From an uncultured Pseudomonadota bacterium (GTDB lineage Bacteria > Pseudomonadota > Alphaproteobacteria > JACZXZ01), in contig CAVVLJ010000016.1 in NCBI GenBank assembly GCA_963749075.1, forward strand, positions 832,001 to 896,000: a DNA stretch of 64,000 nucleotides. The letters are read 5' to 3'. Positions 19,852 to 29,590 of the stretch are shown one piece after another (the first letter of the stretch is position 1; each line of letters opens with the position of its first letter). The position numbers and the translations under genes are program-made. Below the pieces are notes generated by a model. The model had not been told where the DNA came from, ran no database searches, and saw nothing but the letters and a program-made list of their open reading frames with translations.

Positions 19852-20556
19852 ATGGCCCTTGATCCCTCCACGCGGAAGCTCCTCGAGCAGGTGTCGACCG
19901 CGACGCTCACCACCCAGATGCTCAAGCGCGGCTTGCGCAACATCTTCATGGCGGGCGTGCGCCCGCTCCATGGGGCGGGCGCCAACATGGTGGGCGAGGC
20001 CGCGACGCTGCGCTACATTCCGGCGCGCGAGGACCTCGACACCATCGATTCCCTCGGCAGCCGCGAGCACCCGCAGCGCAAGACGATCGAGACCATCCCC
20101 TCCGGCAAGGTCCTGGTCGTCGATTGCCGCGGCGAGATCGGAGCCGCGGGCGTGGGCGCCATCTTGCTCGCGCGGCTCAAGGCGCGCGGGGCTGCGGGCT
20201 TCGTCTGCGATGGCGGCGTGCGCGATGCGGCCGAAGCGGCCCGCGTCGGCTTGCCGCTCTACGCCAAGGGACCGGCGGCGCCGCCCAACGTCACGCGCCA
20301 CCATGCGGTCGACAGCAACGTGCCGATCGCCTGCGGCGGGGTCGCGGTCTTCCCCGGCAACGTCATCGTCGGCGACGGCGACGGCGTCGTGGTGCTGCCG
20401 CCCGCCCTCGCGGCCGAGGTGGCCGAGGCGGCGGTCGAGCAGGAGCGGCTCGAGGCCTTCCTCCTGGCCGAGGTCAAGGCGGGAGCCCCCCTCTTCGGCA
20501 CCTATCCGCCGAGCGAGGAGACGCTTCAGCGCTACCGCGCCAAGGAGCGCAAGTAG
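19852..20556 (+). CDS. RraA family protein / HMG aldolase-like
   Basis: DGGVRD, VIVGDGDGVVV; GAGGAG RBS. Confidence 0.85.
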   Translation: MALDPSTRKLLEQVSTATLTTQMLKRGLRNIFMAGVRPLHGAGANMVGEAATLRYIPAREDLDTIDSLGSREHPQRKTIETIPSGKVLVVDCRGEIGAAGVGAILLARLKARGAAGFVCDGGVRDAAEAARVGLPLYAKGPAAPPNVTRHHAVDSNVPIACGGVAVFPGNVIVGDGDGVVVLPPALAAEVAEAAVEQERLEAFLLAEVKAGAPLFGTYPPSEETLQRYRAKERK

Positions 20557-20575
20557 AGCGGCGGGGAGGGACGGC

Positions 20576-21331
20576 ATGGACAGCAAGGCGATCGCGGCGG
20601 CGGCAGCACTCCTCGTCGAGGCGCGGCGGAGCGGTGTGCTGCTCGCGGCCCTGCCGCCCGCTCTGCGCCCGGCCACGGTCGGCGAGGCGCATGCCGTGCA
20701 GGAGGCGGCGACGCGCAGGCTCGCCGAGACCGTCGGCGGCTGGAAGGCGAATGCGCCGCCCGGCGAAGAGCCGCAATGGGCCGTGCTCTTCGAGCGGCTC
20801 ATCTTCCCGAGCCCGGCCCGCATCCCGGCGAAATCCTTCCCCTTGCGCGGCGTCGAGGCCGAGATCGCCTTCCGCTTCACGGCCGACCTTCAGCCGCGCG
20901 AGGCGGCGTACGGGCGGGAGGAGGTCGCCGCGGCCGTCGTGGCCTTTCCCGCCATCGAGGTGGTGGATTCGCGCTTCGCCGATTTCATGCAGGCAACCCC
21001 GCTCGAGCGGCTCGCCGATCACGGCGCCAACGGCGCCTTCGTGGCCGGCGCGCCGTTCGCGGGCTGGCGCGCGCTGGCGCTCTCCAAGCTGCGCGTGACG
21101 CTCGCCTTCGGCGACAAGACGGTCGTCGACCAGGTGGGCGGCCATCCAATAGGCGACCCGCTTGAGCCGGCCGTGGCCCTCGTCAACGAGATGCGCAAGG
21201 CGGGCGGCGTCAGGCGCGGGCAGCTGGTCACCACCGGCTCCTGCACGGGCATGAATATCGCGGACGCGGGCGACAGCGTCGTCGCGCGCTTCGAGGGCCT
21301 CGGCGCCGCGGAGGTCACCTTCACGCGCTAG
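20576..21331 (+). CDS. 2-keto-4-pentenoate hydratase-like FAH family protein
   Basis: GWK, VEAEIAF, IEVVDSRF, VTTGSCTG. Confidence 0.85.
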   Translation: MDSKAIAAAAALLVEARRSGVLLAALPPALRPATVGEAHAVQEAATRRLAETVGGWKANAPPGEEPQWAVLFERLIFPSPARIPAKSFPLRGVEAEIAFRFTADLQPREAAYGREEVAAAVVAFPAIEVVDSRFADFMQATPLERLADHGANGAFVAGAPFAGWRALALSKLRVTLAFGDKTVVDQVGGHPIGDPLEPAVALVNEMRKAGGVRRGQLVTTGSCTGMNIADAGDSVVARFEGLGAAEVTFTR

Positions 21332-21364
21332 GCGGCACGCATTGAACCGAGGGGAGGGGGCGGC

Positions 21365-22324
21365 ATGGCGCGCATGCGGACGATGGCGGTCATCGGCAAC
21401 GGCATCATCGGCCATGGCATCGCCGAGATCTTCGCCGCTGCCGGCTGGCGGGTTCATCTCGTCGGCCGCAATGCTACGAGCCTGGCCGCCGCGCGCGCCA
21501 GGATCGGCGCCAGCCTGAAGCTCTTCGTCGCCAACAGGCTGATGACCGAGAGCGGGCGCACGGCAGCCTTGGGCCGCATCAAGACGACCACGAGGCTCGA
21601 GGATGCAGATGCGGCCGAGCTCATCATCGAGGCGGTGCCCGAGGACATGGCGCTGAAGCGCCGCCTCTTCGGCCGGCTCGACCGCATCTCTGCGCGCGAC
21701 GCCATCCTCGCATCGTCGAGCGGCCATCTCGTCAGCGAGCTCACCGACGAGGTGCGCCACCGCGAGCGCGCCGTTGCCACGCACTTTTGGTACCCCCCGC
21801 AGCTCATCCCGCTCGTCGAGGTCTGCGCCGGTCCAGAAACGGCGCCCGCCATTGTTCCGCGCGTTTGCGAAATCCTGCGCGCGGTCGGCAAGGAACCGGT
21901 CGTCATCGACAAGGAGGTCGCTGGCTTCATCGGCAACCGCATCCAGTTCGCCGCGTTGCGCGAGGCCTGGGCGCTCTACGCCGCCGGGGTCGCCTCGGCC
22001 GAGGCGATCGATGCCGTCGTGCGCAACTCGATCGGCCGGCGCCTCGGCGTCACCGGACCGATCGAGTTGGCCGATGTCGGCGGGCTCGACACCATGGTCG
22101 CCTTCGCCCGCTTCCTCGTGCCCCATCTCGACGCCGCACCCCTGCCGCCGCCCGAGCTCGACCGCCTCGTGGCCGCCGGTCATCGCGGACTGCCGAGCGG
22201 GCGTGGCGTCTACGATTGGTCGCAGCACGACGGCGCTGGCCTGCTCGAGGCACGCAAGGCCGAGCTGTTCCGCTGGCTCAAGGCGGATCGCGCGGCTCTA
22301 CGCCGGGAGGGCAAGCGCAAGTGA
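21365..22324 (+). CDS. 3-hydroxyacyl-CoA dehydrogenase family
   Basis: GNGIIG, EAVPED, HFWYPP..LVE, GFIGNR. Confidence 0.9.
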   Translation: MARMRTMAVIGNGIIGHGIAEIFAAAGWRVHLVGRNATSLAAARARIGASLKLFVANRLMTESGRTAALGRIKTTTRLEDADAAELIIEAVPEDMALKRRLFGRLDRISARDAILASSSGHLVSELTDEVRHRERAVATHFWYPPQLIPLVEVCAGPETAPAIVPRVCEILRAVGKEPVVIDKEVAGFIGNRIQFAALREAWALYAAGVASAEAIDAVVRNSIGRRLGVTGPIELADVGGLDTMVAFARFLVPHLDAAPLPPPELDRLVAAGHRGLPSGRGVYDWSQHDGAGLLEARKAELFRWLKADRAALRREGKRK

Positions 22325-23636
22325 GTACGGCCAACGCGCCGCTCTTCGCACCAGGCTTCAAGGAGACGCCTTATTGGTGGGACGCGGCACCGCCGACCAA
22401 AGGCGTGCCGCGCGCGCCGCCGCGGCGCTCGGACGTCGCCATCGTCGGCGCCGGCATCACCGGGCTCAACGCGGCACTCGTCCTGGCGCGCGCCGGGCGC
22501 AGCGTCACAGCACTCGACGCCGGCGATCTCGGTCACGGCGCCAGCACGCGCAACGCCGGCTATGTCGGCCGCTCGCTCAAGCACAGCTTCGCCGATCTCA
22601 TGCGCCGCCACGGCAGCGACTTACGCGATCGCGGTCTATCGCGAGATGCAGGCCGCCTTCGATGCCGTCGCCGAGCGCGTGCGCGCCGAAGAGATCGATT
22701 GCGGCTTCAAGATTTGCGGTCGCCTCGTCCTCACCAAGGTGCGCGCGGCAATACGACGACCTGGCGCACGAGCTGGCATTGCGCCAGACGCATCTCGGCA
22801 GCGATTTCGCCATGCTGCCGCGCGCGGCACTGCGCGGCGAGATCGCGAGCGATCTCTATTGCGGCGCTGCCTTGATCCCCGATCTCGGCGCCATTCATCC
22901 CGGCCTCTATCACCGTGGCCTGCTCGAGCGCGCGCGCGCCGCAGGTGCCGAGCTGATCGGCGGCACTCCGGTCGAGCGCATCGTGCCGCTCGACGGCGGC
23001 GGCTTCGACGTGACGACGCCTCAAGGGACGACGCGCGCACGCGATGTGCTGGTCGCGACCAACGGCTATACCGGCAGCTTCCTGCCGTGGCTGCGGCGCC
23101 GTCTCATCCCCTTCGATGCCTATATGATCGCGACCGAGCCGCTGGCGCCTCAACTGATGAACCGTCTCCTGCCGACCGACCGCACTTATATCGACCACGT
23201 CCACGACATCATCTCGATGCGGCGCTCGCCGGACGGCACGCGCATCCTCTTCCTCTGGCGCACCGGAACGCGGCCGACGGGGGCGCGGGCCAAGGGAGCC
23301 CAGCTCCACGGCGATGCGGCGCGCATCGTGCCCGAGATCGCCGGCCTCAAGCTCTCGCATTCATGGACCGGACGCTGCGCCGCCACCTTCGACCTCTGGC
23401 CGCACATAGCACAGCATGACGGCATCCACTTTGCCGGCGGCTATTGCTTCGCCGGCGTGCCGATGGGGACCTATCTCGGCCAGAAGGCCGCTCACCGCAT
23501 CCTCGGCTCGCCGGAAGGGAAGACGATCTTCGCCGATCGCGGCTTCCCGTCGGTGCCGTTCTATTCCGGCAATCCGTGGTTCGTCCGCCACGTGATGACA
23601 TGGTACGGCTGGTGCGACCGCTGGGAGAGCCGCTGA
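22321..23636 (+). pseudogene. FAD-dependent oxidoreductase (PuuB/DadA-like) with two frameshifts
   Basis: N-terminus (PYWWD, GAGITG, GASTRNAG) in the frame of ORF 21787; middle (YREMQAAF..CGRLVL) in the frame of 22562; C-terminus (IHPGLY, ATNGY, GVPMGT) in the frame of 21774. Confidence 0.8.
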
Positions 23637-23650
23637 GGTGAAAGCGCCCC

Positions 23651-24388
23651 TCACGCGAGATAGTCGTGCACCACCTTGCCGAGGCCGAGCGTGAGGTCGC
23701 TCACGATGTGGAGTGCCGAGACGACCTCGAGCACGGGGAGCTCGGCCACCGGTGCCAGCGCATGGTGGGCGAGCGTGAGGGCGCCGGGCCCGCTCCAGGC
23801 GCCCTTGATGGCGAGGTCCTCGAGGTAATATTCGACGAGCTCGCAGATGCGCGCGCTGCCGTCCACGTGCGGGATGATCTTGAGGAGATAGTTGGGCGCC
23901 GAGAGGGCCGCCTTCACCTGGGCGAGGTCGGCGGTGCGGTGCTTGTAGCCCATGGTGCCCGTCGCCACCCGCACCGGGCCGTAGTCGAGGGTGCCGACCA
24001 GCGTGTCGATCTCGGTGCGCAGGCTCGGGTTGGCGAGCTTCTTGGGGAAGCCCCAGAGCTCGCGGCCGCCCGCGATGGGCGGCTCGTCGTTGAGGAACAT
24101 GCAGTGGGTGTAGCCGCCCTTGCGGCCGCGAAAGGCGACCGGGATGACCTGGCCGGTCTCGGTGTAGTCGCCGAAGCCGGTCGAATCCGGCATGCGGATG
24201 AACTCGTATTTGACGAGGTCTCCCTCGAGCGCGAGCGGCTCGGGGACCACGGCGCGCAGCTTCGCCGCATCCGTACGGTAGGTGATGACCAGGAACTCGC
24301 GATTGATGAAGCGGTAGGGGCCCGGCGGATAGGCCGGGCTGGTGAGCGGCATCGCGAAGGCGGTGCGGCGAACTTCCTCTTCCGTCAT
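23651..24388 (-). CDS. adc: Acetoacetate decarboxylase
   Basis: [31 protein letters not shown] (Schiff-base Lys). Confidence 0.88.
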   Translation of the reverse strand: MTEEEVRRTAFAMPLTSPAYPPGPYRFINREFLVITYRTDAAKLRAVVPEPLALEGDLVKYEFIRMPDSTGFGDYTETGQVIPVAFRGRKGGYTHCMFLNDEPPIAGGRELWGFPKKLANPSLRTEIDTLVGTLDYGPVRVATGTMGYKHRTADLAQVKAALSAPNYLLKIIPHVDGSARICELVEYYLEDLAIKGAWSGPGALTLAHHALAPVAELPVLEVVSALHIVSDLTLGLGKVVHDYLA

Positions 24389-24409
24389 GGCCGTGCTCCT
24401 CTCGCCATT

Positions 24410-26065
24410 TCAATGGGCGCCGCCGCCAGCAAGGCGATCCGCCCGCTTTAGACAAATGGCGGCGACGACCGCCAATGCCAAGGCCGCGCCGAGGAGAAAG
24501 AAGGTATCGCTATAGGCCATCATCGTGGCCTGCTGGCGGACGGTACGGCCGATCGCCACCGCAGCCTGGTGCCAGGCCGACGCCGGGTCCGTGACGCCAT
24601 GGGAGAGGAAATAGCTCGTGAGCTCCTGCATGCGCGTCCGCGTCGCCTGGTTGAGGAGCGAGACCGAGCTCGTCATCACGTTGGAGTGGAACTGCTCGCG
24701 CTTGGTGAGGAAGGTCGCGAGGACGGCGATGCCGATGGCGCCGCCGAGATTGCGCATCATGTTGAAGAGTGCCGAGGCGGAGCCGGCATTCTCGCGCTCG
24801 ATCCCGGCGGAGGCGATGGCCGAGAGGGGCGTGAGCACGAGGGCCTGGCCGATGGCGCGGACGACGTTGGGCCAAAAGAGCTGGTCGCCGGCCACGTCGA
24901 GGCTGAGGCCGGTGTTCATGAAATTGCTCGCGGCAAAGAGGATGAAGCCGAAGGCGATGATGACGCGCGCGTCGATGCGCTGCATGAGCTTCGGCACGAA
25001 GGGGATGAGGAGGAGCTGCGGCAGGCCGGTCCAGGCCAGCACCATGCCGATCTCTTCCGCGTTGTAGCCCTGGAGCTGCGAGAGGTAGAGCGGCAGGATG
25101 AAGGACGAGCCGTAGAGTGCCACGCCGAGGAGGAAGACGGCGAGCGTGCCGAGGCCGAAATTGCGGCGCAGGAGGATGCGCAGGTTGAGGAGCGGCTTCT
25201 TCGCCCTGAGCTCGATCCAGAGGAAGAGCGCCAGCGACACGGCGGCGATCAGCGAGAGCCTGACGATGAAGGGCGAGCCGAACCAGTCGTCCTTGTTGCC
25301 CTCCTCGAGCACGGTCTGCAGCGCGCCCAAGCCGAGCGCCATGGTGAGGATGCCGAGCCAGTCGCCTTCCTTGAGGAGCGAGAGCTGCATGGGGGAGGCC
25401 TCGAGCGAGAACCACAGCATGGCGAGCATGAGGGCGCCGGGTACCAGGTTCACGTAGAAGATGTACTGCCAGCCGTAGGTGTCGTTGAGCCAGCCGCCGA
25501 TGGTCGGGCCGATGGCCGGTGCGAAGGTGGCGCTGACCGCGAAGAGGGCCAATCCGACCGGCTGCTTGGCGCGCGGCAGGAGTGTCAAGATGATGGTGAA
25601 GGCGAGCGGGATCAGGGCGCCGCCGGCGAAGCCCTGGAACGCCCGCAGCACGATCATCTGCCCGAGGTTCTCCGCCGAGGCGCAGGCCGCGGAGAAGAGG
25701 AGGAAGAGCGCCGTGGTGGCCAGGAGATAGACGCGCAGCGAGAAGATGCGCGCCAGCCAGGCGCTCAAGGGGATGACGATGATCTCGGTGATGAGATAGG
25801 AGGTCGAGACCCAGCCGCCGTCGTCGATGCCGGCGCCGATGGCGCCCTGGATGTCGGCGAGCGAGGAGTTGACGATCTGGATGTTGAGCACCGCGAGAAA
25901 AGCGCCGAGCGTCGCCCCGAGCACGGCGATCCAGGTCTTCATGTCAACCGCGTCGGGCGCGTTCTCGTTGGCGGCCGGCCGCGGCGCCGAGGCGGCAGCG
26001 GCGGCGGCCAGGCGGAAAGGCGCTTCGTTCGGAGGCAGGCTTTCCAGGCGGAGGGGGGCGGACAT
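24410..26065 (-). CDS. DHA2 family MFS efflux permease (EmrB-like)
   Basis: LNIQIVNSSL, WVSTSYL, APAIGPTIGG, RNLGGAIG. Confidence 0.9.
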   Translation of the reverse strand: MSAPLRLESLPPNEAPFRLAAAAAASAPRPAANENAPDAVDMKTWIAVLGATLGAFLAVLNIQIVNSSLADIQGAIGAGIDDGGWVSTSYLITEIIVIPLSAWLARIFSLRVYLLATTALFLLFSAACASAENLGQMIVLRAFQGFAGGALIPLAFTIILTLLPRAKQPVGLALFAVSATFAPAIGPTIGGWLNDTYGWQYIFYVNLVPGALMLAMLWFSLEASPMQLSLLKEGDWLGILTMALGLGALQTVLEEGNKDDWFGSPFIVRLSLIAAVSLALFLWIELRAKKPLLNLRILLRRNFGLGTLAVFLLGVALYGSSFILPLYLSQLQGYNAEEIGMVLAWTGLPQLLLIPFVPKLMQRIDARVIIAFGFILFAASNFMNTGLSLDVAGDQLFWPNVVRAIGQALVLTPLSAIASAGIERENAGSASALFNMMRNLGGAIGIAVLATFLTKREQFHSNVMTSSVSLLNQATRTRMQELTSYFLSHGVTDPASAWHQAAVAIGRTVRQQATMMAYSDTFFLLGAALALAVVAAICLKRADRLAGGGAH

Positions 26066-26095
26066 GGGAGCTGCTCCTCGTATCTGCGAACGGCG

Positions 26096-27178
26096 TCAGC
26101 GGGCGGCGAGCTCGGTTGCGCGATGGGCCTCGGCAAGGACGGCCGCCTTGGTGTCGACCGTGGCCTCCACCGACATGCCGGGGCGCAGCAGGCCCGCGAG
26201 CGGCTCGCCGCGCTCGAGCACGATCTTGACCGGGATGCGCTGCACGATCTTGGTGAAGTTGCCGGTGGCATTGTCGGGCGGCAGCAGGCTGAACTCGAGG
26301 CCGCTCGCCGGCGACAGGCTGTCCACGTGGCCGCGGATGACGGCGCCCGGGAAGCTGTCGACCGAGAGGCTCACCGGCTCGCCGCTGCGCACGTCGGTGA
26401 GCTGGGTCTCCTTGAAGTTGGCGACCACGTAGACGGACTGGAGCGGCACCACGGCCATGAGCTGGGTGCCCGCCTGGACGTACTGGCCGACCCGGAGCGA
26501 GCGCGCGCCGACCGTGCCGTCGATCGGTGCGGCGATCGCCGTATAGCTGAGGTTGAGCTCGGCTTGGTGCTCGACCGCCTGGTTGTGGGCGAGCTGGGTC
26601 TCGGCCCGAACGCGTTCGCTCTTCAGCACCTCGACTTTCTGTTGCGCGGCGATCAGGCCGGCGCGGCTGTGCTGCACCTTGGCCAACGTCTCGCTGAGGC
26701 TGGTGGCGGCGCGCTCCGCCTGCTGGACCGAGGCGAAACCGGACTTCATCAGGCTGCGGTAGCGCTCGTCGTCCTGACGGGCGAAGCCGGCCGCCGCCGT
26801 GGCGGAGGAAATGTCGGCGCTCGCCTGGGCGATGACGGCCTGTTGCAGCTTGAGCTGGGCGTCGAGGCTGCCGATGGCGGCCTCGGCCGCGGCCACGTCG
26901 GCGCGGGCCTGGGCGAGCGCCGTGCGGAAGTCGCGGTCGTCGATGCGGGCGAGGAGCTCGCCTGCCTTGACCGGCTGGTTGTCGTCGACGCGGACCTCGG
27001 CGATGTAGCCCGAGACCTTGGGCGCGACCGTGGTGTAGTCCGCCTGGAGATAGGCGTCGTCGGTCGCCTCGAGATAGCGCCCGCTCTGCCACCAGTACCA
27101 GCCGTAGTCGGCACCGCCTGCGAGCACGGCAACGCCAGCAACCCCAGCCAGGATCCACTTCACGAGCTTGCGCATCAT
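26096..27178 (-). CDS. HlyD-family membrane fusion protein (EmrA-like)
   Basis: TDDAY, ANFKETQL, NATGNFTKIVQRIPV; GGAGG RBS upstream of the start at 27178. Confidence 0.9.
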   Translation of the reverse strand: MMRKLVKWILAGVAGVAVLAGGADYGWYWWQSGRYLEATDDAYLQADYTTVAPKVSGYIAEVRVDDNQPVKAGELLARIDDRDFRTALAQARADVAAAEAAIGSLDAQLKLQQAVIAQASADISSATAAAGFARQDDERYRSLMKSGFASVQQAERAATSLSETLAKVQHSRAGLIAAQQKVEVLKSERVRAETQLAHNQAVEHQAELNLSYTAIAAPIDGTVGARSLRVGQYVQAGTQLMAVVPLQSVYVVANFKETQLTDVRSGEPVSLSVDSFPGAVIRGHVDSLSPASGLEFSLLPPDNATGNFTKIVQRIPVKIVLERGEPLAGLLRPGMSVEATVDTKAAVLAEAHRATELAAR

Positions 27179-27204
27179 ACGTCCCTCCGGCACCGCCACT
27201 GTGA

Positions 27205-27441
27205 ACTGTACGGAACGGTACATTATATTAGTCTCTGGCCTTGTCAAGACCGTTGCCGGGAACCTTGCGCCGACCAAGGTATCTGGATTCTGACGTGAGA
27301 CGGTTGTTAATAGCGCAGCATAACATATTGTTATATTAATATAATATATATAATTGGCCAAGCCACTGAGAGCCGCACAGGCCGCTTGCCGCAGACATTC
27401 CATCTCGGTATAGTAGTCATGTAAGAACTGAACGGTACAGT
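27205..27441. promoter_or_regulatory. Divergent promoter with two putative TetR operators
   Basis: ACTGTAC-GGAACG-GTACATT (27205-27224) and TAAGAAC-TGAACG-GTACAGT (27422-27441); AT-rich spacer. Confidence 0.65.
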
Positions 27442-27483
27442 GTCTAATCGTCACTATATGATGTGGACAACCATAGGGCGGAG

Positions 27484-28182
27484 ATGACCATGGCGAGGAT
27501 GATGGAGATGCCGGCTACGGCTGCCGCGACATCGGGGGTCGACCGGGCCGTGCGCAAGCGTGAGCGCTGCACCGCCGAGGTACGCCGCCGCGCCATTCTC
27601 GATGCGGCCTGGCAGGTCTTTCTCGAGCGCGGCTTTGCCGGCGCCACCATCGATGCGGTGGTCGAGCGCGCCGGCGGCTCCAAGGCGACGGTCTATGCCC
27701 AGTTCGGCAATAAGGAGGGCCTCTTCGTCGCCCTGGTCATGGGCGGGGCGCAGGACTTTGCCGCCTCGATCGACGCGGCGGCGGCGGCCGGCACGACGTT
27801 CGAGGAGACCCTGCGCGAGATCGGCCGCCGCTATCTCGGGCTCGTCCTGGCGCCGGAGCGCGTGGCGCTCTATCGTCTGGTGGTCGCCGAGAGCGGGCGG
27901 CTTCCCGAGGTCGGCGACATCTTCTTCCGCAGCGGCCCGCAAAGCGTGGTGGCGCACGTGGCGGAGTTTTTCCGCGCCGCCGCCGCGCGCGGCCTTGTCC
28001 CGCCGGTGGCGCCCGAGGCGCTTGCGATCCAGTTTCTCGGCAGCGTGCTCGGCGACAATCATTTCCGCGTGCTGTGCAATCCCACCCGGTCGCCGACCGC
28101 CAAGGAGATCGAGCGCCACGTCGACATGGCGGTCGCTCTCTTCCTAAAGGGTGCTCGCGGGCCGGCGCTCGAGGGGACCTGA
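27484..28182 (+). CDS. TetR/AcrR family regulator
   Basis: AILDAAWQVFLERGFAGATIDAV..SKATVYAQFGNKEGLF helix-turn-helix; start codon uncertain (27463-27508). Confidence 0.88.
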   Translation: MTMARMMEMPATAAATSGVDRAVRKRERCTAEVRRRAILDAAWQVFLERGFAGATIDAVVERAGGSKATVYAQFGNKEGLFVALVMGGAQDFAASIDAAAAAGTTFEETLREIGRRYLGLVLAPERVALYRLVVAESGRLPEVGDIFFRSGPQSVVAHVAEFFRAAAARGLVPPVAPEALAIQFLGSVLGDNHFRVLCNPTRSPTAKEIERHVDMAVALFLKGARGPALEGT

Positions 28183-28301
28183 GGCGGCAAGGCGCCAGCC
28201 GGACCGATGCGCCGGCCGTCTATGGGCGGCCGAAACCGCCCGCCGATCGCCTCTCGCGCCGGCCGGCTTCGCCCACGGACCGACCTCGTGGCGGGGCGGG
28301 G

Positions 28302-29276
28302 CTATTCGCGCTTCGCCGTGAATTTCTGCGGCAGACCGCCCGAGGCGACCTCGTTCTGGCGGACGAACTCGATCACGCTTCCCTTGAGCGTGCCACGGTA
28401 GTGCTCCTTGTAAGGCTGCTCGCTGCTGCCCGTCGTGACCATTCCTTGCGTATAGAAGACGACGACGTCGCCCTTAACCCGGCCGTCCTGGATGCCCTTC
28501 GAGGCGTCGCCGAAGTTGCTCTTCTCGCGCACCAGACCGGAGAGAGTCTCGCCCGACTGCTCGAACTCGATGTAGAGGATCGACTTTTCGTTCCGCGCAT
28601 AGGGATTGACCAGCGGCTCCGTGACCCATTTGCCCGAGATATCGCGATTTGCTGCAGGTGCCGAGGCCGTCACAACTGAGGACGCGGCCGTCCCCGCGGC
28701 AGGTGCAGCCGGCTCTCGGCCGATCCAGTAAGCGAGACCGCCTGCCGCCACGAGCACCGCAATTGCAGCAGCGGCAAGCCATGCCGTCCTCGCACGCATT
28801 GGCTCAGCCGCCACGGGCCGGCCGGGCCCCGCCTCGCCGGGCGGAGGCGCCGGCGCGGCCCCTTGCCCGCCGGCGATCCCGCTGATCTGTTGCGCGAGAC
28901 GGCCTATCGCCCGTTCCCAGTCGTCGAACGCGTCGATCCATTGTCGCGTCGAGAGCTCGTAGAGGAAAGCGTCGTTCGGCAACACGTCCTCGACCCGAAG
29001 CGGAATGACCACCAGGCGATTCTGGCTCGCGAGCGCAATCTCCTTCTGGATCTCGCTTGAATTGTTGGCGTTACCGGTAAACACCAGCACCATGGCGCGC
29101 ACCGAGCGGATCGCCTTGACGATCGCCTCCTGGAAATTCTCGCCGGGGCCGATGTCGCGGGAGGCGAGCCAACAACCGAGGCCGCGTCGCTCCAGCGCGT
29201 CGCAGAGCTTGGTGGCAATGCCGCGGTCCTCCGAAGAATGGCTGATAAAGACAAGCGGGCTCATGCCGGCCGCCAT
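28302..29276 (-). CDS. TIR domain protein with a transmembrane helix and C-terminal beta-rich domain
   Basis: VFISHSSED, CWLASRDIGPGENF, SEIQKEIALA, QWIDAF; TM segment AWLAAAAIAVLVAAGGLAYW. Confidence 0.85.
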   Translation of the reverse strand: MAAGMSPLVFISHSSEDRGIATKLCDALERRGLGCWLASRDIGPGENFQEAIVKAIRSVRAMVLVFTGNANNSSEIQKEIALASQNRLVVIPLRVEDVLPNDAFLYELSTRQWIDAFDDWERAIGRLAQQISGIAGGQGAAPAPPPGEAGPGRPVAAEPMRARTAWLAAAAIAVLVAAGGLAYWIGREPAAPAAGTAASSVVTASAPAANRDISGKWVTEPLVNPYARNEKSILYIEFEQSGETLSGLVREKSNFGDASKGIQDGRVKGDVVVFYTQGMVTTGSSEQPYKEHYRGTLKGSVIEFVRQNEVASGGLPQKFTAKRE

Positions 29277-29590
29277 GAAATGCCCATCAAAACCGCCCCT
29301 GCGGCGGCGTAAATCTATCGGAACGCGGCTGGCGATGCCAGCGCGCCGCCGGCGGACGAAGCCCGCCAATGCTTCGAGTCCCGCATGGGCTTTGCCGCGG
29401 CTCCGAGACGGCAGCACCTACGCGCCACAAATCCCTACCCTCTCGTGCGCATGTCTGGATAGAATTGCGAGGCCGCACTCTGAGGGGCCGGATTGTCGAT
29501 GCGGCCCCATGCAAGTCACATGAGCGCCGCGCCAGTGCGGCCGGCGACCGATGCTCGCCGGCCGCCGATCTTGAACGAGGAGATCGCGCC

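Noticed and set aside
18180-22324. Aldehyde dehydrogenase / RraA / FAH / hydroxyacyl-CoA dehydrogenase group as a novel pathway
   Set aside because: A common catabolic assortment; no substrate can be inferred from sequence alone
28183-28301. GGGCGG-CCGAAA-CCGCCC hairpin between convergent genes as a terminator
   Set aside because: Short stem and no U-tract on either strand
28302-29276. Thoeris, CBASS or Pycsar defence system
   Set aside because: No partner effector, cyclase or sensor genes are adjacent; kept only as a stand-alone TIR protein
29277-29590. Long intergenic region with GC hairpins as a possible riboswitch
   Set aside because: No SAM, glycine, TPP or cobalamin consensus recognised; an Rfam scan would be needed
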